In this document: in pieces, positions 44,432 through 53,752 of the stretch | How the letters are laid out: every line of letters starts with the position of its first letter | Position numbering within the stretch: the first letter of the stretch is position 1 | IMG/VR virus record: IMGVR_UViG_3300014969_000018 | Span: 6,658 to 70,657 of that record | Direction: 5' to 3' (one strand) | Length of the DNA stretch: 64,000 nucleotides | DNA from: a virus | Taxonomy: Duplodnaviria; Caudoviricetes | The notes under the pieces: generated by a model | The model's input: only the letters and a program-made list of their open reading frames with translations | Told to the model about the DNA's origin: nothing | The model's database searches: none | Position numbers and translations under genes: made by a program

Positions 44432-45172
44432 ATGAACAGACTACTATTAGCTGCCGTCCTGCTGGCTGGAACGGCGCTCGCTACATCAGCCAGCGCAGGT
44501 ACACTCACTGTCGGCGCACTATCCGATGCACAGGTGGTGCCACAATCGGCATCCGCACCGTGCATCATCTGCGCCACGACGCAGGCCCATAACCCTGTGG
44601 GTTTTGGGTACAACAACTTCAATTCGACGGGGAACGATGCGTCGTTCAACCTGTTTAGCTCGAACATCACTGGCGCATTTGCCAATGATGATGACCTCAC
44701 GGTCACGCCCTACACCGGCACTCTGCTCAAGAACTTCCTGACATCGGTGGGCGACGTTAACCTCACCTTCGGTGTAGCCATCGACGTGAACAGCACGTCA
44801 GCCAAGTCGGAAGTGTTGCAGCAGTTCCGACTGATCGATCTCGATCAAGCAGGCGATGGGCCTCTCGGCTCGTTGGTCCTGTTCAGCATCCTCAACCCAG
44901 TTCCGCTGCCCGACATTCGCAACGGGAACGGCAGCGCCGACTATCTGATCACGGGCTTCAACCTGAGCGGGCTTGCCAACCTCGGCGACCGCCTCTTGTT
45001 TCAAGCAACATGGTCGGGTGCAGTCGATGGTGGCGAGAGCTTCTATATCGTCCCCAGTCTAGTAGCAGTACCAATCCCGGCAGTCGGGGCAGGCCTTCCC
45101 GGTGTGATCGGGGCGTTCAGCTTGTTTGGTCTGTGGGCTAGGCGTCGTCGTCAACGCCTTGGACTCGCATGA
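44432..45172 (+). CDS. VPLPA-CTERM/PEP-CTERM-type cell-surface protein
   Basis: Signal peptide MNRLLLAAVLLAGTALATSASA; C-terminal AVPIPAVGAGLPG, transmembrane segment, RRRRQR. Confidence 0.75.
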   Translation: MNRLLLAAVLLAGTALATSASAGTLTVGALSDAQVVPQSASAPCIICATTQAHNPVGFGYNNFNSTGNDASFNLFSSNITGAFANDDDLTVTPYTGTLLKNFLTSVGDVNLTFGVAIDVNSTSAKSEVLQQFRLIDLDQAGDGPLGSLVLFSILNPVPLPDIRNGNGSADYLITGFNLSGLANLGDRLLFQATWSGAVDGGESFYIVPSLVAVPIPAVGAGLPGVIGAFSLFGLWARRRRQRLGLA

Positions 45173-45261
45173 GTGCGGCGGCCCTGTTCCTGCTCGGTCT
45201 GATTGGCCTCTTTGCCCTCCGGTGCAGGACGAACAAATCGCTCAACACGGGCGTGGCCTAA
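45169..45261 (+). CDS. 30-aa membrane peptide, absent from the ORF track
   Basis: MSAAALFLLGLIGLFALRCRTNKSLNTGVA; ATGA overlap with the upstream stop. Confidence 0.4.
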   Translation: MSAAALFLLGLIGLFALRCRTNKSLNTGVA

Positions 45262-45322
45262 CAAAAAAAGGAGGCGCAGATGTCTGCGCCTCCAGTTCGC
45301 TGCGTGATTCCCAGAGAACGAA

Positions 45323-45928
45323 TCACGATGGCGTGGGGACAAGTGTACCCTCGGCAGGTACCCCCACAATGATCCAGCCAGTCTGTTCCGTCCAAGCTGT
45401 CTTCCATTCAACCTTGCGTCCACCTTCTATTTCGGGCGGCAGATCCGGCGGCAGCACGATGGGATGGGTCGGACGATCACTTGAGATGCCATAGCCGGGG
45501 TCACCAGCCATGCCCCATCCGGGCGGTCGTCCCGGCCCCGCGATAGGATTGGTCGGCCTCGGATCGGTCGGCCCCCAGATACCTAGCGGCGGTTGTCCAC
45601 CTTCCGGCGGGAAGTAGATCGGGTGTGACGGACGCGGTTGCTGTCCGGGCAGAGTGTTGTCAGGATAGGGCGGCTGTGGACGCGCCCACGGGGGTGAGTA
45701 ACCCGGATCGACCGGAGGCCGTGCCCAAGGAGGCGAGTATCCGGGGTCCACCGGACCACCGGGGCCAACTGGAATACCATAGCCGGGGTCTTGCGCCATG
45801 CCCCACCACGGAGGACGACCGGGACCGGCGATGGGATTAGTCGGGAAGCCGGGGCCTTGTGATGGATAGGGCGGCTGCTGTCCCGGCGGCCCGTCGATGG
45901 TAGTAATCAAGGCATAGAAAGAAGGCAT
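45323..45928 (-). CDS. Proline-rich repeat protein at the end of the lysis cassette
   Basis: Start MPSFYAL with AGGAG RBS; PVDPGYSPPWARP x2, PTNPIAGPGRPP x2, VEWKTAWTEQTGWIIVGVP. Confidence 0.7.
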   Translation of the reverse strand: MPSFYALITTIDGPPGQQPPYPSQGPGFPTNPIAGPGRPPWWGMAQDPGYGIPVGPGGPVDPGYSPPWARPPVDPGYSPPWARPQPPYPDNTLPGQQPRPSHPIYFPPEGGQPPLGIWGPTDPRPTNPIAGPGRPPGWGMAGDPGYGISSDRPTHPIVLPPDLPPEIEGGRKVEWKTAWTEQTGWIIVGVPAEGTLVPTPS

Positions 45929-45929
45929 G

Positions 45930-46286
45930 TCAGTTCTCCTTGGGGGGTTGAGATGGTGGGCAGGGCTGCGGATCCCATGCGAATGCCAGTTTCCTTGCCC
46001 TGATATGTGCATTCACAGCGTTGGTCGTGCCCACTTGCGCTCTTTGTGGTTGAGAGTTCTGTGGATCTTTTGTCCAGACATCGAAGAGATGGGACATTGA
46101 TTCCACCAGCCCCTTGTCGATGCCATCGAACACCAACTGGCGTATCCGTTCACGCTCAGTGGGATCAACGCAATCATAACCGACCTTGCCTACAGCATCG
46201 CGCTGTTCAAGCAGCGCAATCGCCATCAGCGTCAGCAATACCGTAATCACGATGACCGCGAGCGCCACCCACCGTTCCTTGTTCAC
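45930..46286 (-). CDS. Membrane-anchored lysis accessory protein (i-spanin-like)
   Basis: N-terminal transmembrane helix; follows the endolysin; two Cys. Confidence 0.5.
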   Translation of the reverse strand: MNKERWVALAVIVITVLLTLMAIALLEQRDAVGKVGYDCVDPTERERIRQLVFDGIDKGLVESMSHLFDVWTKDPQNSQPQRAQVGTTNAVNAHIRARKLAFAWDPQPCPPSQPPKEN

Positions 46287-47842
46287 GCAATCTCCAAGCT
46301 TCCTCCGTCCTCGACCAGCTTCTGCACCTTCTGCAGTAGCTCATCTACCCCCGTCACGATGTCCACCTCGTGACGGTTGATCGGACCCCAGTGCTGGCGC
46401 AGCACCCGCAATCCGATGGCTGTGGTCATGACCGCGAACGCTGGACTGAACTTGGCCAGCCACTGGTAGGCCGCGCCTTCTCCTGTCCCGTATACGTTCA
46501 GGTTGTTGGCACTAGGATAGATGTCCTCGCTGAAGGTCTCCAAGAAGCCATTGGGATCTGCCCAGTACTCCATGAAGAACTCCTCGATGTACGAGGAGGA
46601 GTTGGCGAAGTTCCAACTGGACTGGAACAACCCGGCCTCACAGGTGTCAGCCGAGGTGTTCTCGGCGCTCATATCCCGTCCTTCACAGTACTTGCCCGAG
46701 CTTTCTCTCATGCCCAGCCCAATGAGCAGCACAAACAGGTGCCTGATCCGGTCACGCTGGTTGGTGTTGGTCATGCCCTTGGCTTTGAACTGGTCCTTGT
46801 ACCAAGCCAGCGCATCCGTATCGGAGTTGCCCACCGCCTTGGACATGAAGACGGCTGCTTCCTTGCCGTTCTGCTGCATGATCAGGGCCGCCGCGAAGCA
46901 GAAGGCCATCCCGGACATGTATCCGGGAGGAGACGAGCCCCGGTCGGGCCAATCGTAGTCGTCCAGATCGGACGCAACGACCAGCCGGTCGATCTCCATC
47001 TTCATGTCATCCGGGATACCATCGTCGCCCATGTCCATCTTGGCGTTGAGGGTATCCACCTCGGCCCACGTCATCGGGCCGACCACGCCGTCTGCCTTCA
47101 GTTCGCACGCCGCTTGAAACGCACGAACCTGAGTATCCGTAATAGAACCAAAGTCGCCATCTGCCGGTATCCCCAACGAACGCTGGAGCCTAGCCACCGC
47201 TTCACCTTGGTCGCCCTCTTTAAGAGTAGGATGCGAATCAACGTCAGGCCCCGGCGGTTCCGGCGGCAGGTCTATATCTGGCGGCCTCGGTCCCGGCTCG
47301 GGCTGCCAGTCAGCCTCCTCGCCCGTGATGCCCTCTGCAATAGCGGTACAAATCTCGGGGAACTTCTCGGCATAGATGTTGCAGTCGGCGCGCGAGTCTA
47401 CGAAGCACACCTCCACTAGGACTGCAGTCTCGCTGGTGTCGTTGAGGAAGGTCAGGTTGCCCTCCTTGGGACCACGATTTTTCAGTCCAGAAGCGGTACA
47501 TATCTTGTCCACGATCTGATCGGCATACTTGCTGCCAGCCGAGGAAGCATAGAACACCTCGCTGCCCACCGGCTCGTCGCGATAGCCCTCGCCCGTACTA
47601 TTGAAGTGGACACTCACGTCGAGGTCGTGAGCGCCCTGTGCGTTGTGGAACGATACGATCCTATCTAGATTTTCTGACTGATCGTCCGACACGTCGTCAT
47701 GGTAGACGGTGACCTCATTGTCCATGGACTTCAGGACAGTCGCCACCTGATCCACGACCAGCCTAGCCTCATCGACCTCATCGATGTAGCCGCTGGCACC
47801 ACGGATGTACTTCCCGTGGCCTGACGAGATGACAATCTTCAT
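46283..47842 (-). CDS. Modular endolysin: Amidase_3 + peptidoglycan-binding domain + lysozyme-like domain
   Basis: ISSGHG...E...SVHFNS...LVEVCF; TLKEGDQGEAVARLQ...ADGDFG...DGVVGPMTW; LGMRESSG...EAGLFQ. Confidence 0.85.
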   Translation of the reverse strand: MKIVISSGHGKYIRGASGYIDEVDEARLVVDQVATVLKSMDNEVTVYHDDVSDDQSENLDRIVSFHNAQGAHDLDVSVHFNSTGEGYRDEPVGSEVFYASSAGSKYADQIVDKICTASGLKNRGPKEGNLTFLNDTSETAVLVEVCFVDSRADCNIYAEKFPEICTAIAEGITGEEADWQPEPGPRPPDIDLPPEPPGPDVDSHPTLKEGDQGEAVARLQRSLGIPADGDFGSITDTQVRAFQAACELKADGVVGPMTWAEVDTLNAKMDMGDDGIPDDMKMEIDRLVVASDLDDYDWPDRGSSPPGYMSGMAFCFAAALIMQQNGKEAAVFMSKAVGNSDTDALAWYKDQFKAKGMTNTNQRDRIRHLFVLLIGLGMRESSGKYCEGRDMSAENTSADTCEAGLFQSSWNFANSSSYIEEFFMEYWADPNGFLETFSEDIYPSANNLNVYGTGEGAAYQWLAKFSPAFAVMTTAIGLRVLRQHWGPINRHEVDIVTGVDELLQKVQKLVEDGGSLEIA

Positions 47843-47872
47843 GGGGGCCTCCCGAATCGGAGCGCCATCCTA

Positions 47873-47989
47873 TCACGTAGGGACTTCGTTCCATGCGCCG
47901 GTCACATACCCGTAGAAGGCCAAGACCAGCAGCACCAAGATCAGCACAATCGTTGTCGAGATCGCCATCTTGGTCTGGCGATCAGGCAT
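47873..47989 (-). CDS. Small single-TM protein (holin-associated?)
   Basis: MPDRQTKMAISTTIVLILVLLVLAFYGYV. Confidence 0.45.
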   Translation of the reverse strand: MPDRQTKMAISTTIVLILVLLVLAFYGYVTGAWNEVPT

Positions 47990-48152
47990 GGATGATGAAG
48001 CCGAAGGCGTGCCACCCCAGCAGGAACAGCAGGATGAAGAACAGCAGCGTGCTGGCATGAATATACGGTCCAGCCAGACCACCCCACGTTGTTCCAACCC
48101 ACGAGAGGATCCAGAACACCATCAGCACCCAGAACAGAAGCCCTATCGACAT
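47982..48152 (-). CDS. Holin-like two-TM protein
   Basis: AAGGAGG RBS; MSIGLLFWVLMVFWILSW...LLFFILLFLLGW; upstream of the endolysin. Confidence 0.6.
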   Translation of the reverse strand: MSIGLLFWVLMVFWILSWVGTTWGGLAGPYIHASTLLFFILLFLLGWHAFGFIIHA

Positions 48153-48166
48153 GGCAGCCTCCTTGG

Positions 48167-51100
48167 TTATTCTTCTCCCGTAACCTGCTCCTCCAACGCC
48201 TTGAGCGCGGCCAGACCGGCAGCCCCGTAGACCGGGATGTCGCCCTTGCCCCACGCCCGCCGCACGATCTCGGATCGCGCCATACCGGTGAGCCGGTGGA
48301 TCCGCTCGATGGTGTGGTTGACCTCTCGGATCATCGGCCCGCCCGCTGCATTCTTGTGACCGGCCCAGCCAGTCTCTTGGAACATGCGGGGATCAGCGCC
48401 AGCCTTCTCAGCTTCCTGCGCCATGACGTGCTCGTTGAGACCATACCAATCGGGCTGGGTCTTTCCGGGCTGCATCAGGTCACTCATCTGCTCGTCCATG
48501 GTGCCCGGTTTGCGGTGCCCCATGAAATCGCCAGCGAAGTTGTGACGCTTGGGGTTCTGCCCGCCAACACCCAGCCCCTTGAACCCGCCCTCGTCTTGGA
48601 TGCGCTGTGCGGTGTTGCTTAGCTGGCTGCCATACTGTGAGGCGACTGGTGTCGGCCACTGATGGGTCTGCTCTGGCCAACGCTGGCCCTTGGCAGCCAA
48701 GTAGTTCTGGTAGCCAGCAGCAATCAGGTTGTCCCTCGGCTTCATGCCGCCGGTCGTCGCCGCCATCGAGGTGGCGAACTTCTCCCGGAACGCCGCACGT
48801 CCCGCCTTCGGACCCATCTGGCGCACCAGATCCTGCTCAAGCTGTCCCATCATGTACCAGTCTTGCGTGGTCAGCCGCTGCATGGGGCCGACAAACTCAG
48901 GACCAGCACCACCGGGGCCAACGAAGTCAGGCCCCCGACCACCACCAAGCAACCTGCCTCTGCTGTAGGCCGCTTGCAGCGCCCTGCGGGTCTCTATCGA
49001 ACCTATCTTGTAGAAGTGCTCCGCCAGCTTGTTCAGCGTCTTGGGGACGATCTGGATGGTGTCGGTGTTGAGCGGATAGTTCTTGGGGTCCACATCGAAC
49101 CGCGCATTCTCATCGAAGTACGGATGGTATCCGTTCTCATCCATGTCCTTGATGACCCGAGCCCGCTCCTTCATGAAGGCTTCGGCGTCTGGCGTCTGCT
49201 GCTTGGCCTCAAACGTCAGTTGCTTCCCATCAGGCCCGTACACGGGCTTGCCCGTCTTGAAGTCTGTCTTCGGCTTGATCTTGGGCGGCCCGACCGGAGG
49301 ATACTGCTCAGCGTACTGCGGGAACGGCGCATTGGGATTGGGTGCGTCACGCCACTCGGGACTGCCGGGTACCGGCTCCGTCCTGACTTCCGTACCGGGC
49401 TCTCGCTCCAGCTTGTAGATCTTCGCGTCCTTGAACGGCTTCTCACCCCGCTTGAGCTTCCCCGTCTTCTCGATCATCTGGTGTTCGCGTGCGACATCCT
49501 CGGTCTCCCACGAGGGTCTGGACGGGAGCGTGCTGTCAGCGCGCGTCTGCACGTTGCGCGCCTCGGCCTCACCAGCCTGCGCCTTGTAGATGCGGTAGCG
49601 GATCACCCGCTCCATATCCGCTTTGTCTTTCGGACTCGCCGCGTCGTAATCAATGCCCTGCCTCTTGGCCATATTCCGGGTGAGAGTTGTGACCTCCGAC
49701 TTCGCCAGCGGAAGACCGCGCGGGTTAGAACCGGGCGCGAACTTCTCATGCTCTTGGATGGCGTGCTGCATCTCATGCAGCAGCATGTCGCGCGCGCCCA
49801 CGTCGCTTGCGTACTGCTTCCCGAACAGGTCGCCGACACCACCGCGCTCATAGGTGGGGGCATTGACCGCTATGTCTCCGTGCGACCCCTTGAGACTGTA
49901 CTTGGTCGGCGGCGCATACTCGGCCCCCGGCTTGATCCCCTCGCCCACCTCCAGAGTGGTCTTCATATCCTTGAGCCACGGATAGGCCTCGTAGGCTGCC
50001 TGATGCTCTAGCTGCTGCTCCATTCGTTGGTTAGGCCTGAACCCAGTTGCCCGCGAGGCAGCATCCGCCTCGTAGATGCGATCCTCTGGGTGCTCTGGCC
50101 TGATGCGCGCCTCCGCATCCGAGATCTCAAAGCGCGGCTTGCCATCAGCACCAAACTCCCACCCCGTTCTGTTGCGGATGGTCGCATGCGGGACGCCCTC
50201 CTTCAGCATCTGCTCGGCTTCAGCCAGCTTCGGAAGGTTCGCAGTCTTCGCACCCTTTCCACCGAAGATACCCAAACCGGGCTTCGCGAACGGAGCATTG
50301 AAGCCGTACAACCCCAACGCAGTTTCAAGACCGGCGGGCATCTCCTCGGGAGGAGGACCAAAGCTGGGCAGATCTTCGTGACTGCCAGCGTATTCACCTC
50401 TGCGCTGCAGATCGCCACCGACATGCGTCAGGCGTTCTGGCGTACCCACTATCTGCTTGCCCATCTCCTTGAGCACATACGTGGGAAGGGTCTCGCCTTC
50501 CGCATTGACCTTGGGTGCCGGGATATCCTGCACAGGCGTGGTGGACGTAACAGTCGGGCCTGCAGTGGCGCTCAGCCCACCGGGGACGTTGCGCCTTGCT
50601 AGCTCCGCATCCAGCGGATCGGGCTCACTCGAATCAGCATTAATACCGCCGCCGCTGGCGAAGCGCCGCACCGCCCCACCATTAGCCGAGAGCATGACCT
50701 GACGACGCGCCTTCTCCCTGACAACACCCTCAAGCTCCCGGAACTCCGCCCCCGGTGCGCCAGCCCGCAACAGCTTAGCTTCCTGATAGGGAGCAACCTC
50801 ACCGCCGTCAGCGCGAGCTTCAGCGGTCGGAGGCTTGCGCGATCCTCGTGTGTAGGGGCTGGGATAGTGCCCCATGAACGCTTGGTTGCCAGCGACCAAC
50901 TGACCAATGGAGAGAGGTGCCTCACTGCGCCGGTCCTCGACGTTGCTGCTACTGGGTAGCTCGGCCCAACGGTCCTTGACCTCGCCACCCTCGGCATACC
51001 CTACTTTCCCCTTCGCTTTAGCAGCGCCGCGAGCGAGCGATGATCTTTCACGCGCCGCAGCAGCACGCGCTTTATTTCGGGTCTTGATTCCTTCGCGGCC

Positions 51101-53749
51101 AAGCGGGCGTACCGCTCCGCCACTTGCATAGCCCGCTGGTGCTGACTGATCAGGGTGTGGTCCTCCCGTAATGATGCTGGTGCGAGCGGCACGCGCGCCG
51201 AACTTCCCGACCGTTCTCCAGAATGCGATCCGCTCCTGCGGCAGGGACTTGCCGAGGAGCATGTGACCCACAGCCGGGTCAACCATGCCCTCCACAAGCA
51301 ACTCCTGCACCGACTTGATGCCCCTATCACGAAGAACCTTCACCCGTCCTGCACTCAGGAACCCAATCGCCGCTCCGAGAGGACCGGCTGTGAGCCCGCC
51401 GGTTGCGCCGCCAAGCAGATGAAGAACCTTCGACAGATTGCTTCCCTGCAAGCCGAACTTCTTCATGGCGTAGAGGTCTTGCGCCGTGTTGGATCCACCC
51501 GGCACCTTGGTGGCATCGATGCTCATCTTGGCGCGACGGAGATCCTTGGCGATCAACTCCATCGTCTTGATCTGCTCGGGCGTGAAGCCGAACTCGCGCA
51601 GAACCGCACCGTTGCCCTTGATGAACGTCTGGAATTGATCCGCCTTCAGGATATCGATCTCGGTCGTACCAGCCGCCGTGTTGGAGACCAGCCTATTGGT
51701 CATCCAATCCGTGATAGCCCTGCGCGCACCGTCCTGCGCTTCAGGTGTGGTCAGCCTCGACATGATCTCTCTGGCATCATTGACCGCAGTCTTGCTACCG
51801 AAGACGCTGCCGATGAGCTTGGAGATATCCTCCTTGTCCCTCACCCCCATGAGGTCACCGAAGATGCCCTCGTTCCCCTTCTTGCTGACAGCAGCACGCT
51901 CAGCCGCAGCTTCCTTGATTGTCCGCGCCTGCTCCTTTGTGGCTGCCTTTACTCCGAACCCGGATGTCTGAACTTCCTCCAGCCGTCGCGCCAGCGCACC
52001 ACCATCACGCTCGGTCACGGCACGCAGCGCATGCTGCTTGCCCCTCGCCCAACTCATCACCCTGCCGGGATCAAGGTTGCCGTTCACATCGGTGGCATAA
52101 GCCCGCATGTCGGCAACGAGAGCCTCGCTTACATCCTGAAGACCACGGCCTCCAGTCGCACGCAGATAGGCGTTGACTGTGTCGTATCCCTTGGGACCGG
52201 TGGGAATGATCTTGCCGGGAACGGTAGAGGGGGTTGCCCTTAACTCACCGCCCTGTCCCGGCCTGATGACGCCTTGGATCGGCTCCACCTTGAAGGTGGC
52301 CGCGCGTTCCTTGGTCGCTGCCGTCGCTGCAGCAAGACGCTCTGCTGCATCGGCAGACATGGCCGCTTGTTGCGGCCCTGCAGGGACACCACGCTCGAAT
52401 GGTGCAGCAACAGACTGCTCTACCATCCCTCGCAACTCGGCCATGCGCCCCCACGCAGGCGACTCACCAGCCCGCCGCCGCTCTTCACGCATCGAGGTCG
52501 AGATAAGACTGCGCAGCGACCGCATCTCCCTGAACGAGGTGACCGGGCCGTAACTGTTGATGACCCTTTGAATAGCCCTCTCGGCATCCGTGACGCTCTC
52601 GGCATCCGCCAGCGTCATATTGCTGCGGGCACGGAACTCCGCATTGATCACCGGACTGGCGTCAACCGAGAGCCTTCCTTGCGGGTCAATGTCATCCCAC
52701 AGCCTGCTGGCGGCGTTACGTGACGCCGTATTGGCTTCAGTTAGCTCCCGCTGGAACACCTGACCGGAGATATCCGGGGTAAAGCCGGTGCCACCCGCTG
52801 CTCGATCTGCCGCTTCGGCTCGCGCTGTTGCTGCCTGTGTCGTTGCTTCGGCCCGCGCAATCGCTGCTTTCTCTGCCGCTTCGGCAGCCGCATCCTCGGC
52901 CTTCATCCTCGCGCGGAGATCGTTGGCGACCTCCTCGGGGTTGCCGGGTCTGATGACATCCTTCTCCAGCGCACCCTGTCTTGCGGCTGCCTGCTCTGCG
53001 CGCCGCTCCGCAAACGGGGCCTGCTCCTTCGTCGCCACGCCGCGTTCCAACTGCCCCAGTCCGTAGTCGCCCGTGGCTTGGAACGTCGTTGGCTCTGAAC
53101 CGGGGACGATCTCCTCAACATCTCGCAGCTTGTCCCGTAGAGCGGGAACCGGGGTCTTCGTGGACCCCTTCATGGCCAACCCGGCCATCTCCTCTTGACC
53201 GGCCTTGCTGTACAGCCGCATCTCATCCGCAAGCGGACCCTCACGAGGCGGCTTGACCTTCGTTACCGGGGTCAGCGGCTGGCCTAGCTGCTTGAGCCCA
53301 AGACCGGGGGTCGCTAGCTGCGCCGCAAACTCTGTGTATGCCTTGGGGATACCGGTCCTCTGCTCGACCGGCTCACCGACAACTGCACGATAGGCAGCAT
53401 TGATCGGAGAGGTGACGTATCCCAGCGCCCCCAGCCCGATGTTGCCAACACCGTAGAGAGTTTGCTTGGCGCTCTCCGCCAGATCGCCACCAGTAGGCGT
53501 GCGAAGCTGCTCAACGCCACGACCTATTCGCGCCTGCTCCTCCCGCCGCATCTCCTGATAGATCGCAGGGTAGTCATAGACAGTCGTGTTCGTGCGCTCG
53601 GCATGTTGCCCCGGCTCTGCCGGTGGCGGCGGACGATCAGACGGCAGCACATACGGCTGCTCAGCAGGCTTGGCATCGCTCGGTCGCACAGTGATCTGTG
53701 CTGGAGCCGCATCGGGACGATCTGACGGCAGGATATATTCGTCAGCCAT
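48167..53749 (-). CDS. Giant polyvalent internal virion/ejection protein (1860 aa)
   Basis: GWEFGADGKPRFEISD (LPD23-like), LLHEMQHAIQ + GEAEARNV (zincin-like), C-terminal NPKRHNF...GTMDEQM domain; five xxGGxV motifs. Confidence 0.8.
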   Translation of the reverse strand: MADEYILPSDRPDAAPAQITVRPSDAKPAEQPYVLPSDRPPPPAEPGQHAERTNTTVYDYPAIYQEMRREEQARIGRGVEQLRTPTGGDLAESAKQTLYGVGNIGLGALGYVTSPINAAYRAVVGEPVEQRTGIPKAYTEFAAQLATPGLGLKQLGQPLTPVTKVKPPREGPLADEMRLYSKAGQEEMAGLAMKGSTKTPVPALRDKLRDVEEIVPGSEPTTFQATGDYGLGQLERGVATKEQAPFAERRAEQAAARQGALEKDVIRPGNPEEVANDLRARMKAEDAAAEAAEKAAIARAEATTQAATARAEAADRAAGGTGFTPDISGQVFQRELTEANTASRNAASRLWDDIDPQGRLSVDASPVINAEFRARSNMTLADAESVTDAERAIQRVINSYGPVTSFREMRSLRSLISTSMREERRRAGESPAWGRMAELRGMVEQSVAAPFERGVPAGPQQAAMSADAAERLAAATAATKERAATFKVEPIQGVIRPGQGGELRATPSTVPGKIIPTGPKGYDTVNAYLRATGGRGLQDVSEALVADMRAYATDVNGNLDPGRVMSWARGKQHALRAVTERDGGALARRLEEVQTSGFGVKAATKEQARTIKEAAAERAAVSKKGNEGIFGDLMGVRDKEDISKLIGSVFGSKTAVNDAREIMSRLTTPEAQDGARRAITDWMTNRLVSNTAAGTTEIDILKADQFQTFIKGNGAVLREFGFTPEQIKTMELIAKDLRRAKMSIDATKVPGGSNTAQDLYAMKKFGLQGSNLSKVLHLLGGATGGLTAGPLGAAIGFLSAGRVKVLRDRGIKSVQELLVEGMVDPAVGHMLLGKSLPQERIAFWRTVGKFGARAARTSIITGGPHPDQSAPAGYASGGAVRPLGREGIKTRNKARAAAARERSSLARGAAKAKGKVGYAEGGEVKDRWAELPSSSNVEDRRSEAPLSIGQLVAGNQAFMGHYPSPYTRGSRKPPTAEARADGGEVAPYQEAKLLRAGAPGAEFRELEGVVREKARRQVMLSANGGAVRRFASGGGINADSSEPDPLDAELARRNVPGGLSATAGPTVTSTTPVQDIPAPKVNAEGETLPTYVLKEMGKQIVGTPERLTHVGGDLQRRGEYAGSHEDLPSFGPPPEEMPAGLETALGLYGFNAPFAKPGLGIFGGKGAKTANLPKLAEAEQMLKEGVPHATIRNRTGWEFGADGKPRFEISDAEARIRPEHPEDRIYEADAASRATGFRPNQRMEQQLEHQAAYEAYPWLKDMKTTLEVGEGIKPGAEYAPPTKYSLKGSHGDIAVNAPTYERGGVGDLFGKQYASDVGARDMLLHEMQHAIQEHEKFAPGSNPRGLPLAKSEVTTLTRNMAKRQGIDYDAASPKDKADMERVIRYRIYKAQAGEAEARNVQTRADSTLPSRPSWETEDVAREHQMIEKTGKLKRGEKPFKDAKIYKLEREPGTEVRTEPVPGSPEWRDAPNPNAPFPQYAEQYPPVGPPKIKPKTDFKTGKPVYGPDGKQLTFEAKQQTPDAEAFMKERARVIKDMDENGYHPYFDENARFDVDPKNYPLNTDTIQIVPKTLNKLAEHFYKIGSIETRRALQAAYSRGRLLGGGRGPDFVGPGGAGPEFVGPMQRLTTQDWYMMGQLEQDLVRQMGPKAGRAAFREKFATSMAATTGGMKPRDNLIAAGYQNYLAAKGQRWPEQTHQWPTPVASQYGSQLSNTAQRIQDEGGFKGLGVGGQNPKRHNFAGDFMGHRKPGTMDEQMSDLMQPGKTQPDWYGLNEHVMAQEAEKAGADPRMFQETGWAGHKNAAGGPMIREVNHTIERIHRLTGMARSEIVRRAWGKGDIPVYGAAGLAALKALEEQVTGEE

Positions 53750-53752
53750 GCA

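Noticed and set aside
47873-47989. Holin/antiholin dual-start motif (M-P-D-R-Q-T-K-M)
   Set aside because: The spacing differs from the lambda S Met-Lys-Met arrangement, there is only one TM helix, and the true start is uncertain.
48662-52243. Long plus-strand ORFs (449 aa and 362 aa) opposite the 1860-aa gene; likewise 59801-60946
   Set aside because: Antisense shadow ORFs typical of GC-rich coding DNA; no motifs or RBS.
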